Shown piece after piece: positions 18,182 through 28,447 of a DNA stretch of 64,000 nucleotides (positions are counted from its first letter, which is position 1; each line of letters begins with the position of its first letter). Under the pieces are notes generated by a model that was not told the DNA's origin, did not search any database, and was given only the letters and a program-made list of their open reading frames with translations. The stretch is from an uncultured Gemmatimonadota bacterium (GTDB lineage: Bacteria; JAAXHH01). The stretch spans positions 2,592,001 through 2,656,000 of the forward strand of contig OX638340.1 of NCBI GenBank assembly GCA_951812955.1. Reading direction: 5' to 3'. The position numbers and the translations under genes are program-made.

Positions 18182-20191
18182 TCAAGCGATCGAATCCCGG
18201 GTCCCGGGCACTTGCGTGCGAGGTTCGCCACGCCCATCTCGAATGCCGGTTTTCCTTCCGAATCGATCCGGGAGCAAGAGGATAATCGTCCCCAGCATGA
18301 GCAGCGCCGTACCGATCCAGACCCAGTTTACTAATGGATTAATGTAGACCTTAAATGTAGCTACGTCAAGCGTTTCGTTCAGTTCGGCGAGGACCACGTA
18401 CAGGTCTTCATTCAGCGTCGACCAGATGGACACTTCCGATGTCACCTGGTCCTGAATGGGGTAGATACGTTTCTCCGGAGCCATCATGACGACGGGCTCG
18501 CCATCCACGGAAAGTCGAAGCAGGCCGGCGTAGGACACGTACTCGCCCATGTTGGTCTCGGTGAGGGAATCGAAGTCCAGCGTGTAGTTCTTGATCTGGA
18601 ACGACTCGCCCTCCCGGACCGCGAAGTTCTCTTCCCGGTCGAAGGCGGCCCCGGTAAATCCCACGAACAGAAGTACGATTGAGATATGAACGACGTAACC
18701 GCCGTACCGGCGCTTGTAGCCCATGACCAGGCGGTAGAAAGCCGCGGGGTAGGATTCATCGTTCGTCGAACGGCGTGCGCGGACGCCGCGGTAGAACTCC
18801 AGTCCGATGGCCCCTACGACGAAGGCGCACATGCTGAAGGAAAGCAGGGCGTAGACGTGCCGGATGCCGATAGCGAACAGGATGCCGGCCACGGCGAGGA
18901 AGCAGGCAACGGGTACGGTGAAGTGCCGTTTCAGGCTTTGCACGGACGTCTTGCGCCAGGCGAACAGGGGCCCCGCTCCAGTAAGGAAGAGGAGGAAGAT
19001 GCCCAGCGGTATGTTGATCTGGTTGAAGTACGGTGCGCTCACCGTAATCTTTTCGCCGCTGACCGCTTCGGAAAGCACGGGGAAGATCGTTCCCCAGAGG
19101 ATGGCGAAACATATGCCCACGAGCGCCAGGTTATTCAGCAGGAAGCTGCTTTCCCGCGAGACGAAAGAGTCGAGTTCGTTGCGGGCCTTCAAGGCGCGGC
19201 GCCGGCTGATCAGCAGGCCGAAGGACAGTACCATCGAGACGATGACGAAACCCATGAACATGGGTCCGATGCCCGAAGTGGTGAAGGAATGCACTGAGGA
19301 AACGACACCGCTTCGCGTGAGAAAGGTACCGAAGTAGACCAGGCCGAAGGTCAGGATGATCAGCGTGAAGTTCCAGATCTTCAGCATGCCCTTCTTCTCC
19401 TGGATCATCACGGAGTGGAGAAAGGCGGTGATGGTCAGCCAGGGCATGAGTGCCGCGTTCTCCACGGGATCCCAGGCCCAGTATCCGCCCCATCCCAGTT
19501 CAACGTAAGCCCACCGGCCGCCCAGTATCAGGCCGAACCCCAGGAAGAACCACGCGTAAAGGGTCCATCTGCGGATCGTCCGGATCCAGGTGTCCCCCAG
19601 TTCGCCGGTCATCAGCGCGGCCATGGCAAAGGCGAAGGGAACCACGGTCCCCACGTACCCCTGGTAGAGTATGGGCGGGTGAATGATCATCAGCGGCATC
19701 TGCAGCACCGGGTTCAGGCCACGGCCTTCGCTGGGCACGAAGGGCAGCAGCTCGAAGGGGTTGGCCACGAAAATGAGCAGGGCGATGAAGAACAGGACCA
19801 CCGACATCATCACCGCATGAACGTACGGGATCAGCGTCTGGTTGCGGTCCCGGTTGGTCAGGTGCACCAGCAGCGCGAAGAGGCCCAGGGTCCATACCCA
19901 CAGGAGCAGGGACCCACTCTGACCGGCCCACAGCGCGGTGATGCGGTAGAATTCGGGCAGGGTGCTGCTGGTGTAGGAGGCGACGTATTCCACCTGGAAG
20001 TTGCCGGTGTACAAATGGTACACCAGCACGACGGAAGCCAGCGTCAGCAGGCCGAAAGTGGCGATGACGCCGTGGGCGCCGCTGGCGATCATCTGCGGGT
20101 TCCGCGCCCGGGCGCCGACCACGCTGGTCACGCCGCCGTAGGTCGCCGTCATGAAGGCGAGCAGCAGGCTGAAGTATCCGATTTCGTTCAT
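18182..20191 (-). CDS. ccmF: Cytochrome c-type biogenesis heme lyase CcmF (or NrfE-like paralogue)
   Basis: 669 aa with about 15 transmembrane segments. WWD motif 'WAYVELGWGGYWAWDPVEN'. Confidence 0.85.
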   Translation of the reverse strand: MNEIGYFSLLLAFMTATYGGVTSVVGARARNPQMIASGAHGVIATFGLLTLASVVLVYHLYTGNFQVEYVASYTSSTLPEFYRITALWAGQSGSLLLWVWTLGLFALLVHLTNRDRNQTLIPYVHAVMMSVVLFFIALLIFVANPFELLPFVPSEGRGLNPVLQMPLMIIHPPILYQGYVGTVVPFAFAMAALMTGELGDTWIRTIRRWTLYAWFFLGFGLILGGRWAYVELGWGGYWAWDPVENAALMPWLTITAFLHSVMIQEKKGMLKIWNFTLIILTFGLVYFGTFLTRSGVVSSVHSFTTSGIGPMFMGFVIVSMVLSFGLLISRRRALKARNELDSFVSRESSFLLNNLALVGICFAILWGTIFPVLSEAVSGEKITVSAPYFNQINIPLGIFLLFLTGAGPLFAWRKTSVQSLKRHFTVPVACFLAVAGILFAIGIRHVYALLSFSMCAFVVGAIGLEFYRGVRARRSTNDESYPAAFYRLVMGYKRRYGGYVVHISIVLLFVGFTGAAFDREENFAVREGESFQIKNYTLDFDSLTETNMGEYVSYAGLLRLSVDGEPVVMMAPEKRIYPIQDQVTSEVSIWSTLNEDLYVVLAELNETLDVATFKVYINPLVNWVWIGTALLMLGTIILLLPDRFGRKTGIRDGRGEPRTQVPGTRDSIA

Positions 20192-20269
20192 TTTTGGACT
20201 CGGATCGTCTGTGTGTTCGGTCTCTTGCTATGCCGCGAACCGCGGCGTCCATTGGACTGAGGCGGCCGA

Positions 20270-20311
20270 CCATAGCCCCCCGGCGGCCATCCATAGCCCC
20301 CCGGCGGCCAT
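20270..20311. repeat. Perfect 21-bp tandem duplication between ccmF and rpiA
   Basis: 'ccatagccccccggcggccat' occurs twice in tandem, flanked by the related 'cattggactgagg' and 'cattggtctgagg'. Confidence 0.85.
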
Positions 20312-20339
20312 TGGTCTGAGGCGAATGGCCTTACCGACT

Positions 20340-21050
20340 TCAGCTCCTTCGATCCACTTCGATTCGTCCCTCGCCGGAGATGCTCCCGATCAGAACTTCG
20401 GTGGCCAGTCCGACGAAAAGACCGTTTTCCAGGATGCCGGGTATGTTGTTGAGCGTGCTTTCCATTCCGACGGGGTCGTCGATACCATCGAATCGGGCGT
20501 CTACGACCATGTTCCCCTGGTCCGTGATGACCGGTCCGTCCTTTTGAGCCGCCATGCGCAGCACGGGTTCCCCGCCCAGCGCTTCGACGGCCCGCAACAC
20601 GGGTCGTACGGCCATGGGAAGGACTTCCAGCGGCACGGGGCACTTCGATCCCAGCCGGTCGACCAGTTTCGATTCGTCCACGATGACGATGAACCGATCG
20701 GCCATGCCGTCCACGATCTTCTCGCGAAGATGGGCGGCCCCGCGGCCCTTTATCAGGTTCATATCGGGATCTACCTCGTCCGCGCCGTCCACGGCGATAT
20801 CGACCCGGTCCACATCGTCCGGCGTGAACGTGGGAATGGCGTTTTTTCGGGCCTGCACCGACGCGTCGAAGGAGGTGGGAATGCCCTGGATTCGAAGGTC
20901 CTCGTCCCGCACGCGCCGTCCCAGTTCCTCGATCATGAACACCGCCGTCGAGCCCGTGCCCAGTCCGACCACGTCCCCGTGCCGGACCATCCGGGCGGCC
21001 TCGACGCCAACGGTTTGCTTCATCTTACGGGTCAGTTCTTCGGATGGCAT
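20340..21050 (-). CDS. rpiA: Ribose-5-phosphate isomerase A
   Basis: 'MPSEELTRK...[10 protein letters not shown]' parallels E. coli RpiA 'MTQDELKK...VGVGTGSTA'. Start chosen at the ATG at 21050 rather than the longer ORF that runs to 21095. Confidence 0.9.
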   Translation of the reverse strand: MPSEELTRKMKQTVGVEAARMVRHGDVVGLGTGSTAVFMIEELGRRVRDEDLRIQGIPTSFDASVQARKNAIPTFTPDDVDRVDIAVDGADEVDPDMNLIKGRGAAHLREKIVDGMADRFIVIVDESKLVDRLGSKCPVPLEVLPMAVRPVLRAVEALGGEPVLRMAAQKDGPVITDQGNMVVDARFDGIDDPVGMESTLNNIPGILENGLFVGLATEVLIGSISGEGRIEVDRRS

Positions 21051-21256
21051 GGCCTGGTTCCCGGGATTCGAGCCGCGTGAACGACAGCGTCCCAAGATAA
21101 GCGGGAACGCCGGGTAAAGTCAACTGATTCCCGTTCTCCTGGAGTCGAGTCCGAATGTCGGCTGGCAGGAATGCACGGGATGGGTCGGCTGGTGATACCC
21201 GGCTTTGCAGGAGCCCGTCCGTGATGCTGGACGGGAAACAGGGCGCGGCGCTTCAT

Positions 21257-21796
21257 TCAGTCGGAACTGCGTCGGAAGGCCATCTGGTTACCGCTGGGGA
21301 AGAAGATCGTGAGAAGGTCTTCTTCGATGGTAATGGTGCAGGGCTCGGAAGGCGCGTCCTCGGCGTCCTTCGGTCTCACCTTCATCGACAGGTCGCTGGC
21401 CTCGAAACCTTCGACCGCATGGCCGCCGGAGAGGTTGTACAGGTGCCGGAAGGTCAGTTTGTCGCCGTCCAGGGTGTAGGTTCCCCCTTCTCCCGAACCC
21501 CGCCGGGGTCCTTCGTCGGTGAAGATGAAGAAGAGGACCGACCAGTCCTTTTTGGTGAACGTGATCAGGCCGGTCAATTCGTGGACCGGTCCGGACTTGA
21601 GCCGGTACGTTTCCGGTTGCCAGGAGCCGCGGATATCAAGCGGTCCGGCCGCGGATTGTGCAGGCGTGTTCGCGGTAGCGTTCGTTTCGGCCGCGGATTG
21701 TGCAGGTGTGTTTGCGGCGGCGGTCGTTACGGCGGCGCCCAGTACCAGGAACGCGGCCAGGGAAATAAGTAGACTCCAGCGCATGGTTGTCCTCAC
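21257..21796 (-). CDS. Secreted hypothetical protein with signal peptide (possible lipocalin/DUF-like)
   Basis: Signal peptide 'MRWSLLISLAAFLVLGAAVTTAAA'. Contains a 42-bp tandem duplication encoding 'ANTPAQSAA' twice. Its ATG overlaps the stop of the upstream HIBADH-like gene in an ATGA arrangement. Confidence 0.5.
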   Translation of the reverse strand: MRTTMRWSLLISLAAFLVLGAAVTTAAANTPAQSAAETNATANTPAQSAAGPLDIRGSWQPETYRLKSGPVHELTGLITFTKKDWSVLFFIFTDEGPRRGSGEGGTYTLDGDKLTFRHLYNLSGGHAVEGFEASDLSMKVRPKDAEDAPSEPCTITIEEDLLTIFFPSGNQMAFRRSSD

Positions 21797-22680
21797 GATT
21801 TCCCGGCCAGGTCTATTCCCGACCGATTCAGATAGTCTTCGATGTACGCGAGAAGGTCCGCCTGGGCGTTTCCCTGGTCCTGGAAACGCCTGAGGATCTC
21901 CTCGACCACAGGGCCGAGTTCCAGCGGGACGTCGAGCGTCCTGGCCAGATCGACGCCCAGGTGCATGTCTTTCACGCCCAGGTCAACGGCCGAATACAAC
22001 GGTTTGCCGTCCAGGAACCGTTTCAGGCACCGTTCCATCATCCGGCTCTGGCCCATGCTGGGCCGGATGGCGTCGATCAACGCATGTGGATCGATGCCCG
22101 CCCGCGCGCCGATGGCCATCCCTTCGCACGCGCCGATGAAATTGATGAACATCATGAAATTGTTGACCAGCTTGGTCGCGACGCCGCTGCCGCTGCCTCC
22201 CATGCGGACCACCGTCTTGCCTACGCCGCGCAAGAGGGGTTCGTACCGGTCGAATACGGCCTGCTCGCCTCCGACGAACACGGTCAGGGTGGCGTCCCTG
22301 GCGCCGAAGACGCCGCCACTGATGGGTGCGTCGAGCACGTCGATCCCCCTCGCAGCGCCTTCCCTGGCGATCCGCCGGATGTGTGCCGGATCGCCGGTGC
22401 TCGTGTCGATGTAGACCGCACCGTGGGCAAGTCCTTCGAACACGCCGTCGCCGCCCATGACCACCTCCTCCACGGCGGACGGCCCGGGCAGCGAAGTGAC
22501 GACCGCGTCGGCGTCCGCGGCCGTCTCCCGGGGAGATGCAGCCCACGAAGCTCCGGCGTCCAGCAGGTTGGCGGCCTTATCCTCGCACAGGTCATGGACC
22601 TGCAGGTCGTGCCCTGCCCGCAGCAGGCTCGCGGCCATGGGATTGCCCATGTTGCCCAAGCCGATGAATCCCACGTTCAT
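21793..22680 (-). CDS. NAD(P)-dependent 3-hydroxyisobutyrate dehydrogenase family oxidoreductase (MmsB/GarR-like)
   Basis: Rossmann motif 'VGFIGLGNMGNPMA', consistent with beta-hydroxyacid dehydrogenase family length and layout. Confidence 0.85.
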   Translation of the reverse strand: MNVGFIGLGNMGNPMAASLLRAGHDLQVHDLCEDKAANLLDAGASWAASPRETAADADAVVTSLPGPSAVEEVVMGGDGVFEGLAHGAVYIDTSTGDPAHIRRIAREGAARGIDVLDAPISGGVFGARDATLTVFVGGEQAVFDRYEPLLRGVGKTVVRMGGSGSGVATKLVNNFMMFINFIGACEGMAIGARAGIDPHALIDAIRPSMGQSRMMERCLKRFLDGKPLYSAVDLGVKDMHLGVDLARTLDVPLELGPVVEEILRRFQDQGNAQADLLAYIEDYLNRSGIDLAGKS

Positions 22681-22688
22681 GGCCGGTC

Positions 22689-23075
22689 CTAACGTGTTTC
22701 GTCGATGGTGGGGAAATCACCCGGTATGGTGATTTCAATCACTTCAAAGTCGTCCGAGAATTCCATCAGTTCATGCTTGACGCCGGGCGCCTGGTACCAC
22801 GCGTCGCCCGCGTTCACCTCGATCTCGCCCACGTCCTCCAGATCGATGCGCGCCCAGCCTTTGAGCAGGTAGTTCATCTGGAATTCGAGTTCGTGGGAAT
22901 GATAGCCCATGGGACCGTCGCAGGACTGTGCCGCGCGGATGACGTGGGCCATGACCCTGCCTTCCGTCGCGGTCTTCATGCCCAGGTCGCGGTACACGAA
23001 ATAGGGCCGTAGTCCCTTGACCCATTCGGCGCCGTCGGACGGGGCCGCGAAGGATTTGGATGTTTTGTCAGCCAT
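22689..23075 (-). CDS. Cupin domain protein
   Basis: Cupin-like His/Glu-containing segments 'HSHELEFQMNYLLKG' and 'YQAPGVKHE'. Start likely at 'MADKTSK' (23075). The ORF as called extends to 23111. Confidence 0.6.
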   Translation of the reverse strand: MADKTSKSFAAPSDGAEWVKGLRPYFVYRDLGMKTATEGRVMAHVIRAAQSCDGPMGYHSHELEFQMNYLLKGWARIDLEDVGEIEVNAGDAWYQAPGVKHELMEFSDDFEVIEITIPGDFPTIDETR

Positions 23076-23182
23076 GGTGATGCTCCCTTCGATTGAGGAT
23101 TGCAGATTCATTCAGGTCCATTCGAGTTCATTTCGGGTTCATTGAGGTACATTTCTGGTTGTATGATTCGGAACAGGGATGT

Positions 23183-23971
23183 TCAAGGAATGCCCCTTCT
23201 CCCGCCGCCATCCATGTAGACCGCAGTACCGAAGACGTAAGAACAGGCTTCCGATACCAGGAAAGTCGCCACGTCGGCGATCTCTTCCGGTTCCGCGATG
23301 CGTCCGGCGGGAAGCCCTTCGCCGGCTTCGCGAAGCAGGGCCTCGACGTCGCGGCCCTGCCGGTCGGCCTCCGCCTGCTGCACGTCCCGGGCTCTCTGCG
23401 TGTTCGTCAGCCCGGGACAGATGGCGTTGACCAGGATGCCGTCTCCGGATACGGCGTCGGACAGGGCCCGGGTGCAGTTCAGGACGGCGATGTTGGCCAG
23501 GCTCAACGGGATGTTGACGCGGTCTGGACTCGTTCCCGCGCTGCCGGCGATATGGACGATGCGACCCCACCTGTTCTTCTGCATATACGGGATCACCAGT
23601 TGCGACATCCGCAGGTATCCGTGGGCCTTGAGCGCCATCCCGTCCTCGATCTGCTCAGTGGGCAGCGCCAGGATGTCTCCACCCCGGGCGGCCCCGGCGC
23701 TGTTGATGAGCATGTCGATACCGCCGAAGGTGTCAACAACCTCCTGGACCACCCTTAGGCAATCATCCGGCGAAGTCAGATCGGCCGCGACCGCAAAACC
23801 TTCGCCACCCGCCGCGTTTATGTCGCGGACCGCCTCGTCGAGCAAAGGACGGTTCCGGGCCGTGACGCATACGCGGGCGCCTTCCCGCGCCAGGGCCAGC
23901 GCGCAGCACCTCCCGATGCCCCGGCTTCCGCCGGTGACGATCGCCCTTTTTCCCTGGAGTTTGAGGTCCAT
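23183..23971 (-). CDS. SDR family short-chain dehydrogenase/reductase
   Basis: 'AIVTGGSRGIGR' (TGxxxGxG). A catalytic 'YxxxK' was not clearly identified, but 'NSAG' is present. Start placed at the ATG at 23971 ('MDLKLQGK'). Confidence 0.85.
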   Translation of the reverse strand: MDLKLQGKRAIVTGGSRGIGRCCALALAREGARVCVTARNRPLLDEAVRDINAAGGEGFAVAADLTSPDDCLRVVQEVVDTFGGIDMLINSAGAARGGDILALPTEQIEDGMALKAHGYLRMSQLVIPYMQKNRWGRIVHIAGSAGTSPDRVNIPLSLANIAVLNCTRALSDAVSGDGILVNAICPGLTNTQRARDVQQAEADRQGRDVEALLREAGEGLPAGRIAEPEEIADVATFLVSEACSYVFGTAVYMDGGGRRGIP

Positions 23972-24034
23972 GGTTTCAGCGTCCCGATTGATAGATACGC
24001 GTGGCCGCGGTCCGGTCACAGATATTCGGTTCGA

Positions 24035-25018
24035 TCAAAGTCCAAGCAGCCGGATCGCATTCCCCCCGAGTATGGCGGTCCGGTCGCTCTCCGACAGATC
24101 CATCGCGTTGATGCTCTCGATCATCTTCGGCATGCTCCCGATCTGGTGGGGATAGTCGCTCCCGGCGAGGATTCGGCCGGCGCCCGCGAAGCCCAGGGCG
24201 AAGTGCAGCGCGTCCACGTCGAAGTTCACCGTGTCGTAGTAGAACTGGCTCTTCAGGTAGTCGGTGGGATGGCGCTCCAGGTTGGCGCGGCACTGGGGAA
24301 AGGCCTCGTAGCACCGGTCGAAGCGTTCGGCGAGGTAAGGCACGGCGCCGCCCAGGTGACCCAGTACCCAGCGAATGTTCGGAAACCGCTCCACCACGCC
24401 GCTGAACAGCAGGCTCGCCGTGGCCAGGGTCGTATCCATCAGGAACCCGACCGCGGGCATGAGCATGTAGTCCTTCATGGCCTCCACGCCCAGGGGGAAG
24501 GTGGGATGGATGAAAACGACCATTTCGCGATCGTCCGCCACCTCGTACATGGGCCAGAACCTCGAATCGCTCAGGGCCACGCCGTTGGCGTTGCTGTACA
24601 CACAGGCCCCCTTCAGGCCCAGCGAGCCTACGGCCCGTTCGAGTTCGGCGGCGCAGGCTTTCGCATTGTTAAGCGGAAGGGTGGCCAGTGCGGGGAAACG
24701 GTCGGGATGTTCGCGCTGAATTTCGGCGAAGAGGTCGTTGACCTTGCCGCTCAGCTCGGCGGACCGTTCCGGCGTCTCGATGAGCGTGCCGGGCGCCGTG
24801 AAGGTGATGAGATGGGTGTCGACCCCGGCTTCCGCCATCACTTCCAGGCGCACGTCCATGAGCCGGTGACCAGGTACGAGGATGTTGTAGTCGCCGGGAG
24901 AATGCAGGACCGGATTGCCGTCCTCGTCGTCCGTCACCGTGTAAGCGCTCGGTCCATTCCGGATTTCCTCGACGTAGGCTGGTGGATAGACGTGGTTGTG
25001 AAAGTCTACGATGGGCAT
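24035..25018 (-). CDS. Amidohydrolase-2 family protein (ACMSD-like metal-dependent decarboxylase/hydrolase)
   Basis: 'MPIVDFHNHVYPP' is a typical Amidohydro_2 start. The longer ORF as called (to 25459) overlaps the upstream gene and lacks support. Start set at the ATG at 25018. Confidence 0.8.
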   Translation of the reverse strand: MPIVDFHNHVYPPAYVEEIRNGPSAYTVTDDEDGNPVLHSPGDYNILVPGHRLMDVRLEVMAEAGVDTHLITFTAPGTLIETPERSAELSGKVNDLFAEIQREHPDRFPALATLPLNNAKACAAELERAVGSLGLKGACVYSNANGVALSDSRFWPMYEVADDREMVVFIHPTFPLGVEAMKDYMLMPAVGFLMDTTLATASLLFSGVVERFPNIRWVLGHLGGAVPYLAERFDRCYEAFPQCRANLERHPTDYLKSQFYYDTVNFDVDALHFALGFAGAGRILAGSDYPHQIGSMPKMIESINAMDLSESDRTAILGGNAIRLLGL

Positions 25019-25047
25019 GGGGTGTTCTCCGGTCCGCGCACTCAAGA

Positions 25048-27594
25048 TCAGGCGCCGTACAGCGCGTTGAATAGCAGCTTGAAGGTGCCGTGGGTCTGGT
25101 TGCGGAAGTTTACCTGGAACCCGTAGAGCACGATCCGTCCCTCGCCGTGACGCACGCTGATCATGGCGGGCTTGCCGGCGATGTGTTCCTCGCCGATCAG
25201 CCACCCGCTCTCGAGCACGTCTTCTTCGGGATAGGCGGCGATCACTTCGTACAGGTCGTTGTAGTGTGACGGGTTGATCGAATATACGGGGCTGGTGCGG
25301 TGCATGGCCAGGGCCTGGTCCGGCATGCCGAATCCGAGGCGGTGGGAATTGTCGACGCGGATCCGCAGCATGGAACCGGGACAGAAGAATGCGCTTTCCG
25401 GCAGGCCGGCGGATACGTCCGTGATATGCAGGCCGAACTTCTCGATGGGTAGCCGGCACGCGCGGCCGACGGCCACGAGCGTCCCGCCCTTTTCCACGAG
25501 GTCCCCAATGGCTTCGATTTCCGGATCGCCCAGGGCGCTCCGGTACGCTTCGGGCTGGGACATGGTCTTCAGGCGACTTTCGATCTCCTGTTCCGTGCCG
25601 GCCATCATGTCCATCGTGTCGTCGGGCAGGATGAGCACGTCACAGAGGTCGCGAAGGCCGCCCCGGATATCGGCGTCCCGCACGCTGCGGTAGGGGAACC
25701 CCGCTTGTTCCAGCGTCATGCGGGTCCATCCCTCGGGCATGTTGCCGCCCCAGTACCGCTGATACATGGCTATGCGCGGCTTCGAGAGCGGTTCTCCTTC
25801 CACCTGCTCCTCGAGTCGATAGCCGATTGCGCCGGTATCGCGTATGATCTGCTCGGCCCGTTCCAGGTCGCCTTCCCTGACGATAAAAGCGCCGGCCGGC
25901 AGTTCGCGGTCGCCTACGGAAAGGGGTCCCGCGGTCCGGCCGATTTCAGCGCCGGTCTCCAGCAGTTCGTTGACCGCGGAGAAAGCGGCGTTGTGCCGGG
26001 GATCGACGGCCATTCCGTGCTCCCCGTCGCCGGTCACGGAGCCATTCACCGGCACAGACTCGATCACCGGATCGAGGTTCAGCGAGCCGATGTCCAGTGC
26101 GGTGTGGGGCACCTCCGAGGGTTCCGCCACGACGCCCATCATCTCCGCCAGCGTGTCCGTCGTCGTATCGAAGATCCGCGTGGGCGAGCCATCGGCCTTT
26201 CTTGCCCAGGCGTCGTCGGGCCAGATGGTCCGTTCAAGCAGCGTCTTGACCACGCCCCGTTTGGGCTGCGCGTTGGAAATGAACCAGGTGCCCGCGGGAT
26301 AAACCCGGGTTCCCACTGTAGCGCGTGTCCGGGTCCGCTGCACGTCGATCCCCTGTCGCACCAGGGCGTTTACCAGGCCGGCCGCGACGGGGGCGTCGTG
26401 CTGATCGGGACGTATGAAGAAACCCGCCGAATCGTCCTCCTGGCCCCTGCCGGTCTGGTGCAGGGCCTTCTGCGCGGCGTTCCGCAGCACGGTATCCCGG
26501 CACCGCGCCGCGATGTCCATGAGACCGATGGCCGCGACGCGCTGCTGGTCCACCATGTCGCGCAACCGCCACCATCCCCCAGGCCACGGGTTTGGAAAGT
26601 TCGTCTGGGGCTTGTAGTGGGGCAGCGTGTGGAGCGTGTCGCCGTCCTCCCCCCTGAGCTGATGGGGATGGACGTAAAGGGGACTGGCCAGTTTCGCCTG
26701 GGCAGTTTCAGTCAGCAGACTCGCTATGTTGTGGTAGTTGCCGAGCCAGTGGAAGCCCATGTGGTACCATGCCGGGAACATGGCGCCGCTGATCACGCCC
26801 TGTTTGCCCGCTTCCTCCAGCTTGTAGACCATGTGCGCCCCGTACCAGTTGATCTCGCGCCAAATGAGCGGATCGGCGTGGGGATGAATGGGTTCGCAGT
26901 ATGGGCAGACGAACAGCCGGGGCTGGTATCCGCCCATTTCGTGGTGGTCCTGGAAGACGTGGGGGTGCCAGTCATTGAACATGATTTTGGCCATGTACCG
27001 GGACTCTACAAGGTTCAACATGAAGGCGTCCCGGTTGTTGTCGTGTCCGCAATACTTGTGATACAGCCACGGTAGTTCGCATCCCTCGTATTCCGTGCCA
27101 AGGTGCTCGTTGTACCAGTCCGACACCATGATCTGGCCATCGGGATTGAAGCACGGAACCATCAGGAATATGACGTTCTCCAGGATATTCTTCGTGGTCT
27201 CGTCGTCGCCCGTGACCAGGTCGTAGGCGAACTGGGGCGCCATCTGGGTCGCGGCGATCTCGCTGGCGTGAAGACCCATGGACTGGCAGACGATGACCTT
27301 TCCCCTGCCGACAAGACCGTCGATTTCGTCGTCCGAAAGGCCCCGGGGATCGCAGATTCGCCGGTTGGTCTCCCGCAATTCTTCCAGGTCGGCCAGGTTT
27401 CCGGCCGAAGTGATAATGGCCAGCAGGAAGGGGTTGTTCTCCGTCGTGGGACCCAGATTAACCACGCGGATGTTTTCGCTCTGCTGGTTCAGCAGGTAGA
27501 AGTACTCCGAAATGCGGTCCCAGCGGGCCATTTTGCAGTCGTCGCCGAGCCGGAAGCCGAAGAAAGATTCCGGACGCTCAACGCGGTCGGTCAT
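25048..27594 (-). CDS. M14-family zinc carboxypeptidase-like protein (large, multidomain)
   Basis: 848 aa. Zinc-binding 'HASE' (HxxE) motif near the N-terminus, typical of M14 peptidases. The remainder has no recognised motifs. Confidence 0.7.
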   Translation of the reverse strand: MTDRVERPESFFGFRLGDDCKMARWDRISEYFYLLNQQSENIRVVNLGPTTENNPFLLAIITSAGNLADLEELRETNRRICDPRGLSDDEIDGLVGRGKVIVCQSMGLHASEIAATQMAPQFAYDLVTGDDETTKNILENVIFLMVPCFNPDGQIMVSDWYNEHLGTEYEGCELPWLYHKYCGHDNNRDAFMLNLVESRYMAKIMFNDWHPHVFQDHHEMGGYQPRLFVCPYCEPIHPHADPLIWREINWYGAHMVYKLEEAGKQGVISGAMFPAWYHMGFHWLGNYHNIASLLTETAQAKLASPLYVHPHQLRGEDGDTLHTLPHYKPQTNFPNPWPGGWWRLRDMVDQQRVAAIGLMDIAARCRDTVLRNAAQKALHQTGRGQEDDSAGFFIRPDQHDAPVAAGLVNALVRQGIDVQRTRTRATVGTRVYPAGTWFISNAQPKRGVVKTLLERTIWPDDAWARKADGSPTRIFDTTTDTLAEMMGVVAEPSEVPHTALDIGSLNLDPVIESVPVNGSVTGDGEHGMAVDPRHNAAFSAVNELLETGAEIGRTAGPLSVGDRELPAGAFIVREGDLERAEQIIRDTGAIGYRLEEQVEGEPLSKPRIAMYQRYWGGNMPEGWTRMTLEQAGFPYRSVRDADIRGGLRDLCDVLILPDDTMDMMAGTEQEIESRLKTMSQPEAYRSALGDPEIEAIGDLVEKGGTLVAVGRACRLPIEKFGLHITDVSAGLPESAFFCPGSMLRIRVDNSHRLGFGMPDQALAMHRTSPVYSINPSHYNDLYEVIAAYPEEDVLESGWLIGEEHIAGKPAMISVRHGEGRIVLYGFQVNFRNQTHGTFKLLFNALYGA

Positions 27595-27628
27595 GAAACG
27601 CTCCTGTCTGGGGATGGCCTGCGGGTTT

Positions 27629-28264
27629 TTACCTGGTTTTTCTCATCACGCTGGTAATCACGACCGGCGGTGTGAGACGCTGGTTTTCGCGGGGAGACTT
27701 CTGGATCTTCCGGATCACGTCCATGCCCCGGGTCACGCGGCCGAAAGCGGCGAATCCCTGTCCGTCCGGGTTGCGTTTGCCGCCGTAATCGAGCTCGGGC
27801 TGATCGCCTATGCAGAAGAAGAAACCCGAGGTCGCCGTGTCCGGTCCCATGCGGGCCATGGAAATGGCGCCGTCCACGTGCCTGATCTCGGTCGAGGTGG
27901 TCCGTTCCAGTGGAATCGGATCGAATCCGCTGTTTGGCGGATAACTGTCATCCCGGAAATCGGGGTTCACGGCGCCCTGTATCACCTCGATCTTCACGTC
28001 GTTGTTCGGCTGGTTGTCCATGGTCACCGTCCGGTGGAAGACTCCGCCGTTGTATTGCCCGGCGTCCACGTATCGCATGAAATTCGATACCGTAACCGGT
28101 GCCCGGACCGGGTCGAGCACGATTTCGATGACCCCCGCTTCCGTAGTCATTTCCAGGGTGATTTCTCTTTCCTGGGCCTGGCCCGGTCCGGCCGGCATGC
28201 CCAGGAGGCCGAAGAGCAGCAGGCCGGACAGGATGCGAATCATTTTCGTCGCCGGATTTCTCAT
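27629..28264 (-). CDS. Peptidyl-prolyl cis-trans isomerase, cyclophilin type, secreted
   Basis: Signal peptide 'MIRILSGLLLFGLLGMPAGPGQAQ'. Cyclophilin motifs 'FHRTV', 'GAISMARMGPDTATSGFFFC' and 'AAFGRVTRGMDV'. Start at 28264 or 28243. The long ORF as called (to 28567) is not supported. Confidence 0.85.
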   Translation of the reverse strand: MRNPATKMIRILSGLLLFGLLGMPAGPGQAQEREITLEMTTEAGVIEIVLDPVRAPVTVSNFMRYVDAGQYNGGVFHRTVTMDNQPNNDVKIEVIQGAVNPDFRDDSYPPNSGFDPIPLERTTSTEIRHVDGAISMARMGPDTATSGFFFCIGDQPELDYGGKRNPDGQGFAAFGRVTRGMDVIRKIQKSPRENQRLTPPVVITSVMRKTR

Positions 28265-28447
28265 GTGCATGCTCCCAGCGCAGTAATCGACGCGGTGGCT
28301 GCCGGTAGGGGCCGAATCGTATGACCCGCCCGACCACCAGGATCGGCCGCGACGCGAATGTATGGAAATAGAAGTGGATGGCCGGTTTGACCGGCATGCG
28401 GGACGAACCGCAAAACGTATGGCATGATGAAACCTGGGTAGTTCCCT

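Noticed and set aside
24035-25459. 474-aa form of the amidohydrolase ORF
   Set aside because: The N-terminal 146 codons are Arg/Pro-rich, overlap the M14 peptidase gene and have no homology pattern. The family-typical start 'MPIVDFHNH' is at 25018.
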